Below are positions 51,268-63,650 of a DNA stretch of 64,000 nucleotides, piece after piece. The notes beneath the pieces were generated by a model that worked only from the letters and a program-made list of their open reading frames with translations, ran no database searches and was not told where the DNA came from. The position numbers and the translations under genes are program-made. The stretch's first letter is position 1. Each line of letters begins with the position of its first letter. This DNA is from Lama guanicoe (lineage: Eukaryota). The DNA is taken from NCBI GenBank assembly GCA_013239625.1, contig MU054204.1, positions 210,879-274,878 of the forward strand, given 5' to 3'.

Positions 51268-54109
51268 GACAAACCAACTTCTGGAGTGGCTGTGTGAGAA
51301 GCTCAGCAGACCTTCTGACTAGTGAAATAATCATTAAACTGTTAAAAATTTATCAAAAACAACTGCTTAAAGGTTCAGGAAATTGATTTCAGGACAAGCA
51401 ACACATTGAGAAGCATGTATATAAGGACACTTATGGAATTTTGGTAATAACAACTGTCATATGTGGCATTTGAGCCAGGACTTGCTCCTATTTCCCCTCC
51501 TATATCTTTATATTGCAGAAGATTTGTCCCAGGTGGGCACAGCCAAACAAACAAGCCAAAAAAAGCCAGGGACTCAGTTCTTCACTAGCTCCTGGTTATA
51601 GGGCTATAGTTTTACTCCAGGATGGGCAGGCTGCTTAGTGACTCTCATTCTGTCCTTGAGTTCTGTGTTGTGGAACATTTATTCTGAGTGAGAATGGCCA
51701 AGAAGATGGAGGGCTCTCATCCCCTGCCCAGTTCTGAGGTTTTGTCTTATTCTTTCCTTTGGAAGGTATTCCTTTGTCTCCCCATTTTGTCTAACCATCT
51801 GCATTTGTTTCTATGAGTTAAGTATATCAGCTATGTCTCCTGGTCTTGAAAGAGTGGGCTTATGTAGCAGGTGTCCTGTAGGACCCAGTGACTTACTCTC
51901 TCTTGGTCACTAGAAATGAGTACTCCAGTGGTATCTTCTGTGTGGGCTGCATGCACTCTCCTATTGTGGTTGGGCTCTGATTACTGTTGGTGTGCTGGTA
52001 GGTGGGGGTGATCCCCAGTCCTAGCTAGCTGTGTAGCTCAGCTACAACTACTGTGGATCCCCTGATGGTCAGGGCTGGTCCCTGGCCCAGCTCTCTGTAA
52101 GACTTGGCCACAACTGCTATGGGTGTACTGGTGGGTGGGGCTAGCCACTGGCCTGGCTAGCTGAGAGGTTTGGCTGCTGTGTGCATGCTGATATGCAGGG
52201 TTGGTCCTTGGCACAACTGGCTGTGAGGCCTGGCCATAACTGTTTCAAGTGCACCAGTTTGTAGGGCTGGCCTCCTGGAGCAAGAGCTGGTTTGGAGGGG
52301 AACCAGTGCCAGTCATGGCTGCCTGCTGGGTGTGGTGAGATGGGGGCCACTTTGGAAAGGCACCTGTGGTGCCAGCCAGGTGGAGCAGGGCAGGGATTTT
52401 TTAGAGAGTCCAGCTAGGACAGGTAGTGTGGGCAGGACTGGTCTTCAGGGGAACACCAGGGTAGGGTGTACGGTGCTAGCTAGGTTGATGGAGACTGACA
52501 GAAATGATGCCTGACAGTGCCATTCCAGCTAGGTGGAAGGTGAGTGGAAAAAAAATGGTACCTGCCAGCACTTTTTTCCCTGGAGGAAGTTCCACCTGAT
52601 CCTTGCCCCTCCAGCACACACCTGAAAATTAGTCAGTGAATCTTCTTCTTATATAAGCTGCCTCTGAGGTAGGTCTCCAAGTGAACTGAAAGATATCCCA
52701 TGTTCATGGATTGGAAGACTTAAGATTGTTGAGATGGCAATACATCCCAAAGTGATCTGCAGATTCAGTGTTATCCCTATCAAAATCCCAATGACATTTT
52801 TTACAGAAATGTACAAGCTGAATATTCATTTCATTCATTCATATCCATTTAATGTTAATTCTAAAGTCTATATTAAATTGCATGTACCCCATTTAGCCAA
52901 AACAATCTTAAAAAAGAAGAACAAAGTTGGAGGACTCACACCTCTTAAATTCAAAGTTATTACAAAGCTATGGGAATCAAGACTACATGGTCCTAGCATA
53001 AGGAAACATATATAGATAAATGGAATAGAATTGAGTGTCCAACAATAGAACCATACATCTTTAGTCAATTACCATATGATCTAGCAATTCTATTCTTAGA
53101 TATCTACCCAAAAGAAATTAAAACATTTGTCCACACAAAAACTTGTACATGGTCCATCAACAGGTGATTGGATAAAGAAGTTGTGATATATATATATACA
53201 ATGGAATACTACTCGGCCATAAAAAATAATGAAATAATGCCGCAACATGGATGGACTTAGAGATTATTAAGTGAAGTAAGCCAGACAGAGAAAGACAAAT
53301 ATCATATGATATCACTTAAATGTGGAATCTTAAAAAATGACACAAATGAATTTATTTACAAAACAGTAACAGACTCACAGACATAGAAAACAAACTTATG
53401 GTTACCAAAGTGGAAAGGGGAAGAATTTTAAATTAGAAGTTTGGGATCAGCAGATACACACTACTATATACAGAGTAGATAAACAACAAGGTCCTGTTGT
53501 ATATTCAATAGCTTGTAATAACCTATAATGAAAAAGAATAAATATAACTGAATCACTATGCTGTACACCAGAAACTAACATAACACTGTAAATCAACTAT
53601 ATTTCAATTTTAAAAAATTTATATATGAACGTTCATAGCAGCATCATTCCTAATAGCCAAAATGTAGAAATGTCCCAAAGGCCCATTAACAGTGAATAGA
53701 TAAACAAAATGTGATATATCCATACAATCGCATACTATTTGACAATAAAGGGAATTGAAGTACTGTTACATGGCACCGTATGGATGAACCTTGAAAACAT
53801 GCTAAGTGAAAGAAACACAGCACAAAAGACCATATATTTTATGATTCCATCAATAAGAAAGGTAAATCTATAGAGATAGGAAATGATTAGTGTTTGCCTA
53901 GGGCTGGAGCTGGGAACATGGACTGACTAAGTATGAGCTCACAATTTCTTTCAGGGGGTATGGACATGTTCTAAAATTAGATGCAGTAATGGTTGCACAA
54001 CTCTATAAACATGCGTAAAACCACTGAAGTATACTTAAAGCAGATATATTTTATGGTATAATTTTGTTGTATATAAATTGTATCTCAATAAATCTATAAT
54101 TTAGAAATT
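51268..54109 (+). mobile_element. Internally deleted old L1 (same 5' family as 33280) carrying an antisense L1 5' region (~51735-52680) and a nested young L1 3' end (~53150-53620)
   Basis: 5' end similar to 33280-33400; ORF2 remnant (ORF 52734-53015 [11 protein letters not shown]...[15 protein letters not shown]); perfect TSD ATAAATAATTGT at 51256-51267 and 54110-54121. Confidence 0.85.
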
Positions 54110-54214
54110 ATAAATAATTGTTTCCCTAAATGCTACACAGTCAGAAGTCAGAAGACTTCAGTTGTACTTTGTCACTATAGCCTAAGGGAAATGTTAGAAA
54201 GGGAGTGAGATGGG

Positions 54215-54352
54215 AAATAAAATAATATGAAAAAGAATATGTATATATATGTATGTATAACTGAATCACTATGCTATACACCAGAAACTAATACAACATT
54301 GAAAATAAAAAATTTTTAATAAAAAATATATAAAGAAAAAAAGAAAAGAAAA
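54215..54352 (+). mobile_element. Short young L1 3' end
   Basis: ATAACTGAATCACTATGCTATACACCAGAAACTAA + A-rich tail. Confidence 0.8.
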
Positions 54353-54365
54353 CCTATTCCCCGAG

Positions 54366-54477
54366 TTTTTTTTTTTAATGTAATTGGAATTTCAGGAATT
54401 GAAGTCTACTGTTCTCAGACCGGGATAGATACACACATGACCAGGCTTCTCATCTAGGCTCCATTTCAGAATTATAC
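54366..54477 (+). repeat. Diverged direct repeat copy 1 (partner 56446-56569)
   Basis: TCTACTGTTCTCAGA...ACACATGA...CTCATCT...ATTTCAGAA shared. Confidence 0.75.
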
Positions 54478-55439
54478 TGATACAGACAGGGAAGTCTGGG
54501 AGGTTTTTTTTGTAAGATCCACCAGTTCTTTGAGAATGTTGGCTGCCTTTACCTGGAAAGTGCTTTCAGTTCATTTTTTGTGCTTTAATTTCCATGGTTA
54601 ATGGGGAGAGCCCATACTTTGGGAGTCATGCTGGTGCTATTGGAGCTGCCAAGGATGAGAGCAAAATCAGTCTGAGTGCTGACTGCAGAGGAGCCAAGGG
54701 ATGGAACTGGCCACTTCCCTTATGTAGGCTTTTGCCTGACTTCCCTACACTTGCCCTGGCTGAAACCCCACTGCCACCCCTCCACAGCCACATTCCCCGG
54801 CCTTCCGGAACATTGCTGTGGGCCCCCACCCTGGATTTCCCTCCCTCCTCTGGACTTTTCCGGAAAACAACATTTCTGCATTGCTGCAAACTTCCTTTTT
54901 CTCTTCCCCTCTGCTATTACTTAACTCAAGGACAGAGGAAATAACTGCAGTCCAGAAACACACATGATTAAAAAAAGAAGAAGAAGAAAGAGAAGACGTC
55001 CCACATCGGATTCCCAAATCTTTAAAAAAACAATTCCATAGGATTTGGTTTCCAATTGCCTTGCAATGTGGGGAATGAAAAAACATATGCTCATCAGGTC
55101 CCTTTCTGGAGCCTATCTGACTTCTCTCCACCCTCCCCAGCCGGCTGGGCTCCGCTCAGCTCAGGGGAGCTACAAAGCCGCCAGCTTAGAAGATGGAGAC
55201 AATCGGCAAAGCCCCAAAGGCAAAGCAAGACTTGTTACTAGTTTTGAGGCCAGAGCAATACATGCAGTATTTAAGGGCTGGGGGGTAGATGCTGCAAGCC
55301 TGGAATCGAAGCCTCGAAGTTCGACTGAGGCTGACTCACAGTGACTGCTCGGAGGCAGCATTTTCTGAGCTGGACCTCCATTTGCTTCACCACCCTGACT
55401 CTCACCTTGACTCTTGCCCGACTTTCCCGACTCAGTCTC

Positions 55440-56050
55440 TCTGCAGCAAGTCAGTGCCTCTTCTGAACTCTCTGCCCACATGGCAGCCTCAGGTCTCTTT
55501 CTAAAACAGAAATATGAGCTCTACTCTCTCTCTTCTAGTTTTTCGCATCTCCTCCAAGAGAAAAGCACATTCCTTAACATGATATACGAGACCTTTCATA
55601 TGGCCTCAACTGCTTTTGCCTCACGATCAGTCACCCATCCTCACCCTCAAGTCACCCCACAGGACTATTTACCATTTTCCTGAACACATTTTTTTTTCCT
55701 TTTCCTGCATCAGCCCCTTTGCATCTGCTATCCCTTTAGCCAGGAATAACTACCCTTTTCTTCTTTTTCTCCTTTAGAGTATATCTCATTCATCATTGAA
55801 AATCCAGGGCTCACTGGGAGTGGTTTTTAGCTCGTTTCTGGTTGCCAGAGCTCACGGAATGTACTTCAGGAAGGCAGAGTGGTGTAATGGAAAAGAACCC
55901 AGAATATGGAGTCACCAGACTGTGTGATAAGTCAATGACCTCATTTCTCTCTGAGCATCAGTTTCCTCATCTGTAAAATGGGAATATAAATCCCAAGGGC
56001 AAAGCAGCTGATGTTTCTAAGTGACAGGCACAGTGCCTAGGACCTGGTAG
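55440..56050 (+). mobile_element. L2 fragment (~55440-55860) followed by MIR (~55870-56050)
   Basis: CCTTTGCATCTGCTATCCC L2 motif; CAGTTTCCTCATCTGTAAAATGGGA MIR core. Confidence 0.7.
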
Positions 56051-56445
56051 ATTCTTGGGCGACATTGCCTGTTTGTAAAAGAAATAGAAAAATCATTCCT
56101 TCTTCATCAGTTAGGACTCTGGCAGCATTTTCCTCCAGGCAAACTAGTGGGTCATGTTCTCTGGGACAATCTTTACCTAGTTGTCTTCTTGCAGTTTACC
56201 TGCCTTTGGCCACCTTCACATCTAAAGGGTGTTTTACAAGTATCCTGCCTTCTTGGGAGCAGCCACCATCTGCATCCTAATTCGTGCCCCTTGGAAATCT
56301 AAATGGGCAGGTATGAGAGGGGAAGGATGAAATTTTAATGCTTCTGCTCTTCCTCATGCCCTAGTCTCGTCCTTCAGCCTCAAAGAGATTGTTGTGCCAT
56401 CACTCCACACTGGCTTTGTTCTTTCCTGCAACTTGCCCCCTAGAC

Positions 56446-56569
56446 TTTTTTTTCTGCAATTGCGATTTCAGAAATGAAATTGTCCATGAGCAGGAATCTA
56501 CTGTTCTCAGATTGGGATGGACATACACATGAGCTCGTTCCTCATCTGGACTCTATTTCAGAAATGTAC
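56446..56569 (+). repeat. Diverged direct repeat copy 2 (partner 54366-54477)
   Basis: Same blocks as copy 1 with an extra internal segment. Confidence 0.75.
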
Positions 56570-56749
56570 ACAAGATGTCAAAAATATACCACTTGGAACC
56601 AGAGCAATATTTATTTTAAAAAATTTGAGGAAAAAAAAGTTGCCTTGCTTCAGTTCCTACTGGAATGTAAAATAACTATGTGCTGATGCTGCACTTTGAC
56701 AACATTGATTTAGTTATCCTCAGGGTCACTGGATGAGTGGTGCATGGAT

Positions 56750-56776
<27 letters not shown>
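56750..56776. repeat. (CA)n microsatellite
   Basis: Pure CA run. Confidence 0.95.
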
Positions 56777-56780
<4 letters not shown>

Positions 56781-57239
56781 TTCAAAGTGCTTTGTTGTGA
56801 AGTGGGAATTTCAGGCATTCTGATGCCAGAGTAAGGCTTTATTGGATCCAGCCATTCATTAACAACACTTTATTAAGTGTTCCTTTGTGTGCCAAGCATT
56901 GTGCTCAGTGGGGAGAAGAAAAGAAACCAGGGAACCAGAAGTCACAGATGGAGAAATCAGAACACAATAAGAGAGAAGAAAGAAAGCACGAAGGTGATAA
57001 TACAAACTAAATATTAAAGGAGAAGGAGTGGAGGTTACTGAACTGGAGTCACAGGGCAAATATCCCGGAGGGGATGGTGAGACCTTAACAGGGCCTTGGA
57101 GGATAGAATTGGAGACTCTGAGTCACTCACACCACAGTCTTAGAATTGTGCATTAGAATGGATTGGGTGAGTATCAGTTTGCCTGAAATGGGAACAAGAA
57201 TGATCGGGAGTTATTCTGAAGGATGACATGGGAAGGTGG

Positions 57240-57500
57240 AGAGGAACAGGAGCAGAGGCAGAAGGCATCTTAGTTCTAGTGTTACCACTGACTCATTGTG
57301 AGTGACCTTGGGCAAGTACCTTCTCTCTGAACCTCGGTTTCCCCCTCTAGACACTGGAACTAAATAATATCAATCTTTTTTATTTTTATTTTTTTATTGA
57401 AGTATAATATATAATACCAGTCTTACCCACCTCTTAGGACCATTGTTAACAAAATGAATGAGATCATTGTGTGACTGTGCTTAGAAAAGTAGAAAGGTGT
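57240..57500 (+). mobile_element. MIR SINE with a tiny antisense L1 tail insertion (~57375-57410)
   Basis: GTGACCTTGGGCAAGTACCTTCTCTCTGAACCTCGGTTTCCCC. Confidence 0.75.
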
Positions 57501-58231
57501 ATCCATAACATCGGTTCATATTATGAAGGCAGATGTTTAGAGTGTAGCCACTCTCCTGCAGCTGGAAATATTTGAATGAATTTGAAGTATTTGAATGAAT
57601 TTTTCTTGGCAGGCCTCTTACCTGCCATAATTATAGTCTGCCCACCACTAGTTGAGTGTGCATGCATGAGTCTGTCATATAAGTATACATGTGTGTATGC
57701 GCGCGCGTGTGTGTGTATGCATCAGCTTGCATGAGGCTAGGATGGTGGAGCCCAGATGGCAGAAAGACTGGAGAACTCTTAGGAACAAAGATGATATATA
57801 GAGAGAGGGATTTGTGCAGACATATTTGGGCCTGCTTACCAAAATACATGCCCCATTGCCAGTGCAGTAAAGTCCTTTATCTATCTTCCTTGATGTATCG
57901 CAAAGCCTTTCTACTCATCTCTCTGACTGCATGCTGCCCCAATCCAGTCCATCCTCTATGCTGCTGTTAATGAGCTCTTTCCAACCCCCATGTAATTCCT
58001 GGGCTCCTAGATAGCCATAGAGTAACATACATGTCCATTCACATGACATTGAAGCAGGGTACTGATAGAGCCACACTTCTGGTTAAAATTGTGGAATATT
58101 TTAATACCAGCTGCCCCTCTTTATCCCCTTGAGACCTCTCCTGCTCTATGTCCCACTCTTGGACCCCTTTTTCACCTCCTCAAGACCCGGCGACTAAAGG
58201 GATAGTGCCCAGCAGGGCAGGGAGCCTGGAG

Positions 58232-58429
58232 GACATTTTGAGGCCTTATTATGCATGGAGATGCTTGTGTTTCAGACTGGAGATGTGCATTAGAACCTCT
58301 AGGGAGTCTACGTGGGTTAACCACAACATATGGAGACGAGGGAGAAAAGAATTTATCAGCCCGTAGTTGACTTATTGTTTTCTACAGACTTTATTCCTTA
58401 GTTTGCTCAAGTACAAAGCAGGAAGACTG
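58232..58429 (+). repeat. Inverted repeat, left arm (198 bp)
   Basis: Reverse complement of 60600-60797 with 5 substitutions counted by eye and no indels. Confidence 0.95.
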
Positions 58430-58825
58430 CTTAGTCATCCATTCTGCTTAGTCAGTGGTCCTACTTCTGATTTTTAAATATTTCTAGGATTCCCTCCACC
58501 TTCCTAGTTCATCTCGTCCCAGCTAAGCTTTGTGGCCTCATGTCTCACAAGTTCTCCCCACAGATGGCAATAACACTGAAATTCTCATACTCCATGTCTG
58601 GATTATATACCCGTTTCTCTCACTATACTGGAAACTTCTTGAGGTCACAGACATTGGCTCCATCGTGGAGTCCCAAAACCCCACTCAGGGTGCAGCACAT
58701 AGCAGACACTCAATATATGCTTGTTTCTGAACATACAGAATGTTGGTAGGTAGAACCATGCTATTTGTAACCCGGAAACTACTCAAGGGTCCAGACCAGA
58801 AGCTGGTGCAAGGCACTTTTCTGGA

Positions 58826-58961
58826 CTTTTTTAAATAATTGTTTAATTGGTAGGGGGTAGGTAATTAGGTTTTATTTATGTATTTAATAGAGGTATTGGG
58901 AATTGAACGCAGGGCCTTACGCATGCTAGGCATGCACTCTACCACTGAGCTATACCCCCCC
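58826..58961 (-). mobile_element. Vic-1-like SINE
   Basis: GGTAATTAGG...GGAATTGAACGCAGGG...TCTACCACTGAGCTATACCCC. Confidence 0.9.
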
Positions 58962-60289
58962 AGTTTCCTGGTCTTAATATGTACCTCATGACTATTGTTC
59001 ACATCTCCATATCCATGAAATGGAGGGGAAGAGCAAGGACTCTTTCCATTCTATTACTGGGGAAATGGAAGTATTCCAAGAGTGCGTCTCAACCACACAA
59101 TGAAGGCTTAATAGAACTGAGACATAAAGTCATGTCTCTGGAACTTTTCCTTAGCCACAGTGCTGCAAAGCCCTTTGGGATTTGGGGGTGAAAACTGCTA
59201 CCCTAATGTAAGTAATGGTGGACCACTGCCTTCCAGGGAGGTGTTGGCTTGCAGTCTCTCTAAGGGACCCTGAGGACTATCTTCTGGGAGTGATGTAACT
59301 GTTCATGCCCCTTCTCCAGCACTGCTAGGGAGGACACTGGTTTTTGGGGTTGTGGTGGAGAATCCATTCTCTCTCTCTCAATTTGATTGCCAGCTTCTGC
59401 ATCATTAACATAGCTTCATAACTGGTGGTCCCTTGAGCAACAAGCTAGCTCTCATTTCAGAAACCTCTTCTGATGACCCTCGTTCTCTGAGTTCCATCTT
59501 TTCCACCCCCAGAAGAATAGCCTATGGAAGCCAGCCAAGCCCTGTGTACTGGAGAGAAGACCAGGCTGGGAGAATGGCTGGACCTCATCTTCAAAGAACT
59601 TAGTCTTTCTTGGAAAGTGGGCCTCATATATCAGCTATGAATGACATCAGCTGCAAGTGACCAAAACTCTGATGCTAACTGGAAATTCTCTCACGTAACA
59701 GGAAGTCCAGGGAAAGGGAGGGCTTCAAGATTGCTTGATTCAGCTGCTCATAATAACCATCAGCAGGAACTAGGGAAAGTTGTTCCCTTGTTCTCAGCCA
59801 GCAGGAGAAAGAAGCTAATAACTAGGAAGCCCAGGAAACCATGTTGGTGTCCAACATCCTCAGTTCCATCTTTATAGACAGTAGAGAAACATGGGCGCTA
59901 GAGAGCAGATGGGTAGATTCAGAGTACCCACAGAGTTCACATTATCTGTGTGGCCTTGCACAAGTCAATTAACTATGATGAATCAGTTCCCTTTGGTGTC
60001 AAACGACATTCGTCTCCTAACAGACTCCTGGTGTGGGGATCCTGTGACATAACGGGAAAGCCCTTGGTAAACCAAATAAAGTGCCATGTATCTTTAAGGC
60101 CTTTATTTAAAAATATTTTTAATTGAAGTATACTTGGTTTACAATGATGTGTTAGTTTCTGGCATACAGCAGAGTGATTCAGTTAAAAATTAATTTCATC
60201 AGAGAAAAGGTACATGGAACACCTCCCATGTACAAAGCACCATTAAATTTCAAGGTTAAGATCAAACTCAGTTAATACCCTTAAGTTCC

Positions 60290-60520
60290 CCCAAACAGTC
60301 CAACAAATATCTACTAAACACCCATAGGTGCTGGGTAAAGAGATAGGAGAAAGACCTAGTCTCTGCCTTTAGGGAGTTCCCAGTGGAGCAGAGGAGAAAG
60401 ACCCACAAATAGACAACTTCAGTCAAGTGTGGTAGGTGCGTGGAAAAGTGGAGGTGTGTGTAGAGAGTTCTGGGAGTACATAGGAGTTACTCACCTAGAC
60501 AGACTACACAGGGAAGGGAT
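60290..60520 (-). mobile_element. L2 3' fragment
   Basis: CAACAAATATCTACTAAACACC...GTCTCTGCCTTTAGGGAGTTCCCAGT. Confidence 0.65.
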
Positions 60521-60599
60521 AAGAGTAGTGTCCAGAGCTTATAAAGCAGTAAAAAAAGAAAGGAACCTTACGACATAGATACATGTCTAGCAAAGCCCC

Positions 60600-60797
60600 C
60601 AGTCTTCCTGCTTTGTACTTGAGCAAACTAAGGAATAAAGTCTGTAGAAAACAGTAAGTCAACTATGGGCTGATAAATTCTTCTCTCCCTCATCTCCATA
60701 TGTTGTGGTTAACCCACGTAGACTCCCTAGAGGTTCCAATGCACATCTCCAGTCTGAAACACAAGCATCTCCATGCATAATAAGGCCTCAAAATGTC
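60600..60797 (-). repeat. Inverted repeat, right arm (198 bp)
   Basis: Reverse complement of 58232-58429. Confidence 0.95.
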
Positions 60798-61047
60798 ACT
60801 GTCCACTGACCCTCACTGACAGACATCTCCTCCAAAGTTGCTTCATGAGCCTCTATAGCATATCTTCTGGAAATTGCAGAAGATTGGGGCTCTGATAACT
60901 GGTTAAGGCATGAGTATCAGCTATGTCAGAAAAAAATATTTGGCTTTAGAATCTCATATCCTATCATGAAAAATTTCAATCCTCTATTCTATGTTGCTGC
61001 CTTAATATCCCTTAAGCTAATACTGTATTTATAAAGGGTTTATGAAC

Positions 61048-61512
61048 TTTTTAATTTTTTTATTGAAGTATAATCGATTTACAATGTGTTAATTTCTGGT
61101 GTACAGCACAGTGATTCATTTATACATGTATATTCCATGTCATATTGTTTCATTATAGGTTATTACAAGCTATTGAATATAGTTCCCTGTGCTATACAGT
61201 AGCACCTTGTTGCGTATCTATTTTCTATATGGTAGTGTGTATCTGCAAATCCTGAACTCCCAGTTCATTCCTCTCCCCTATCTTCCCCCCGCCACCGGTA
61301 ACCATAAATTTGTTTTCTATATCTGTGAGTCTGTTTCTGTTTTGTAAATAAGCTCATTGGTGTCTTTTATTTAAGATTCCACATATAAGTGATATCATAT
61401 GGTATTTTTCTTTCTCTTTCTGGCTTACTTCACTTAGTATGATAATCTCTATGTCCATCCATGTTGCTGTAAATGGCATTATTTTGTTATTTTTTATGGC
61501 TGAGTAGTATTC

Positions 61513-61550
<38 letters not shown>

Positions 61551-61580
61551 ACATACATACATACATACCACATACTCTTT
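61048..61580 (-). mobile_element. Young L1 3' end containing (TG)n at ~61515-61549
   Basis: ORF 61354-61566 EYYSAIKNNKIMPF...SEVSQKEKEKYHMISLICGI; flanked by GGGTTTATGAAC / GGGTTTATGTAC. Confidence 0.92.
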
Positions 61581-62873
61581 GGGTTTATGTACATTTTGAA
61601 AACAACAAAATAGTCTTTAGATATAAAGAAATCTTTTACTTTCTTCAAGGGCTATTTTCCTTTCCCTGAACCTTCTGTTGGCTCTGTGAGGTATATAAAG
61701 TCTAGACTCTAATCCTTTAACTAAATTTGAGGGTTATGTGTTGAGTCTCAGTGATAGAGCCTTACTTGTCACCACTTTCTTATGTAGAGACTTTTGCTGT
61801 CCAAGGCTTTCTGCCTCCTAAAATGCCTTAATTAGATAGAGCCTGATTAGGTTTGACCACTAGAAATTCTATTGCACTTTTGGTGCACAGTTTCCTGTAC
61901 TACAGAGAGCGCTCATAAAGCAGCCTCCTGGACAACTTCTCAGGCCCGGATTTCTGCTCTTTGGCCGGCTCTGTCCTTTATTATCTCCTGAGGTACCTAT
62001 CCACTTGCTTGTTCTCAAGTTACTTCCCCAGGCCCAAAGTGTGACAGTGCTTTCCTAGGGGACACAGCCAGTCTCCCTGTTGCTCCAGACCAGCTAGAGG
62101 ACTTGCAAAAAGCAGAGGCAACCGCTTGCATGGGCCTGGCCTTGACAATGGATGACTTTACCTCTTTCACACTGATTAGTGAAGGATGGGATCTGAATTA
62201 ACGGGAAGAATGCTAAGAGAATCTTTCTAAAAAATGAATGGAAAAGGCAAGCAAGAAGGGGTGGATATGCTCTCTAAATGGTAGGACTCCTTTTTCTGTT
62301 GGGAATCATCCCAGGGCTAGAAAAGATGCCAGAGCTGTGGGAGAGGATGAGCCCATGAGCCAGTGCTTGAGCATCTTGACCTTGGGTTCAAGTGGACATG
62401 GCAGAACTACCTTAGACCATGCTGCAACTTCACTCTTTTCCTTAAATTTTCCAGTCTACTCCTTTTCCCAAAAAAGTTGCTCTCTAGGTTTTTATTTGTT
62501 TGCTTGTTTTAATTCATTTGCAAAAGGGAGTTTGCAAACCCCAAACCTGGTTGGATGTCAGGGGAGTTGGTTAAAACATTTGAGTCCTGTACAAACACCA
62601 TAATCTAAGGTCTTGGCTCAAGCTGCAAACAATTCCCAAGAAACAAAAAGTGATCAGCAATTAAGTTGAAAGTTGACATAAAAGGATTTCCAAGGTTGAG
62701 ACCCTGTGAATCCCACAGGGTGGGGTGAAATAAGAAGCACTTCACTGAGATGTCCCTACTCAATAGAGCTCTCATTAAGTGCTCAGCAATTTAAATGTGG
62801 TTCCACCAATAATCACTCTGTGAGGACGTCATTATTATTCTCCCCATTGAACAGATAAGAAGGCATGTTTCAA

Positions 62874-63020
62874 GGGGAGAGGGTATAGCTCAGTGGTAGA
62901 GTGCATACTTAACATGTGTAAGGTCCCAGATTCAATCCGCAGTACCTCCATTAAAATAAACAAACAAACAAACTTAATTACCTACCCCCCAAAAGAAACA
63001 AAATTAAAGTGTTAAAAAAA
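62874..63020 (+). mobile_element. Vic-1-like SINE inserted in a MIR (-, ~62800-63100)
   Basis: GGGGAGAGGGTATAGCTCAGTGGTAGAG; TSD AAGGCATGTTTCA / AAGGCGTGTTTCA. Confidence 0.9.
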
Positions 63021-63224
63021 AAGGCGTGTTTCAGAGAGATGCAGTGACTTGCCCAAGGTCTAAGTGCTACTAAATGACAGAGCCAGAATTTGAACTATGC
63101 CTACGCATACCATTGTCTTAGCTTATGTGTATTGTTTATGGAATGAATAGATTAATGAACAGTCTTTCTGATGTGATCCAGGATCATTTTGGGAGGCCTG
63201 TTGGTATGTGCTTCTGACATTTTA

Positions 63225-63650
63225 CAACAGAATTTTTCAAACATACAGAAAAATTGAAAGAATTTTCCATTGAAAACTCATCTACCCATTGTTTAGATTC
63301 TATTATTGACATTTTACTATATTTGTTTTATCACATATCTGTTCATTTGTTGATTCCCTTCTATCCATCCATCAATCCCTCTTATTTTCTGATGCATTTC
63401 AAAGTAAATTGAAGACATCAGTACAGGTCCCTATTAAACATTTCAGCATGCATATCATTTATGCTTGTTTATAGTTCATTCTTTTTGTTCTTGTGAGGTA
63501 ACATTTACATACAGTGAAATATATAAAACTTTAGTGTATCATTGGGTGAGTTTTGGCACACCCTGCACCTATGTATCTCAAACCCCTATCAATATATATA
63601 GAACATTATCATCAGCCCAGAAATTTTCTTCATGCATGCTGCCTTTAACT
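63225..63650 (-). mobile_element. Ancient L1ME-like 3' fragments
   Basis: TTTCAAACATACAGAAAAATTGAAAGAAT...GCATTTCAAAGTAAATTGAAGACATCAGTAC. Confidence 0.65.

Noticed and set aside
6821..54350. L1 strand bias (mostly minus before ~32 kb, mostly plus from 33 to 54 kb) as evidence of host transcription direction
   Set aside because: Too few independent insertions and several exceptions to infer a gene or its strand.
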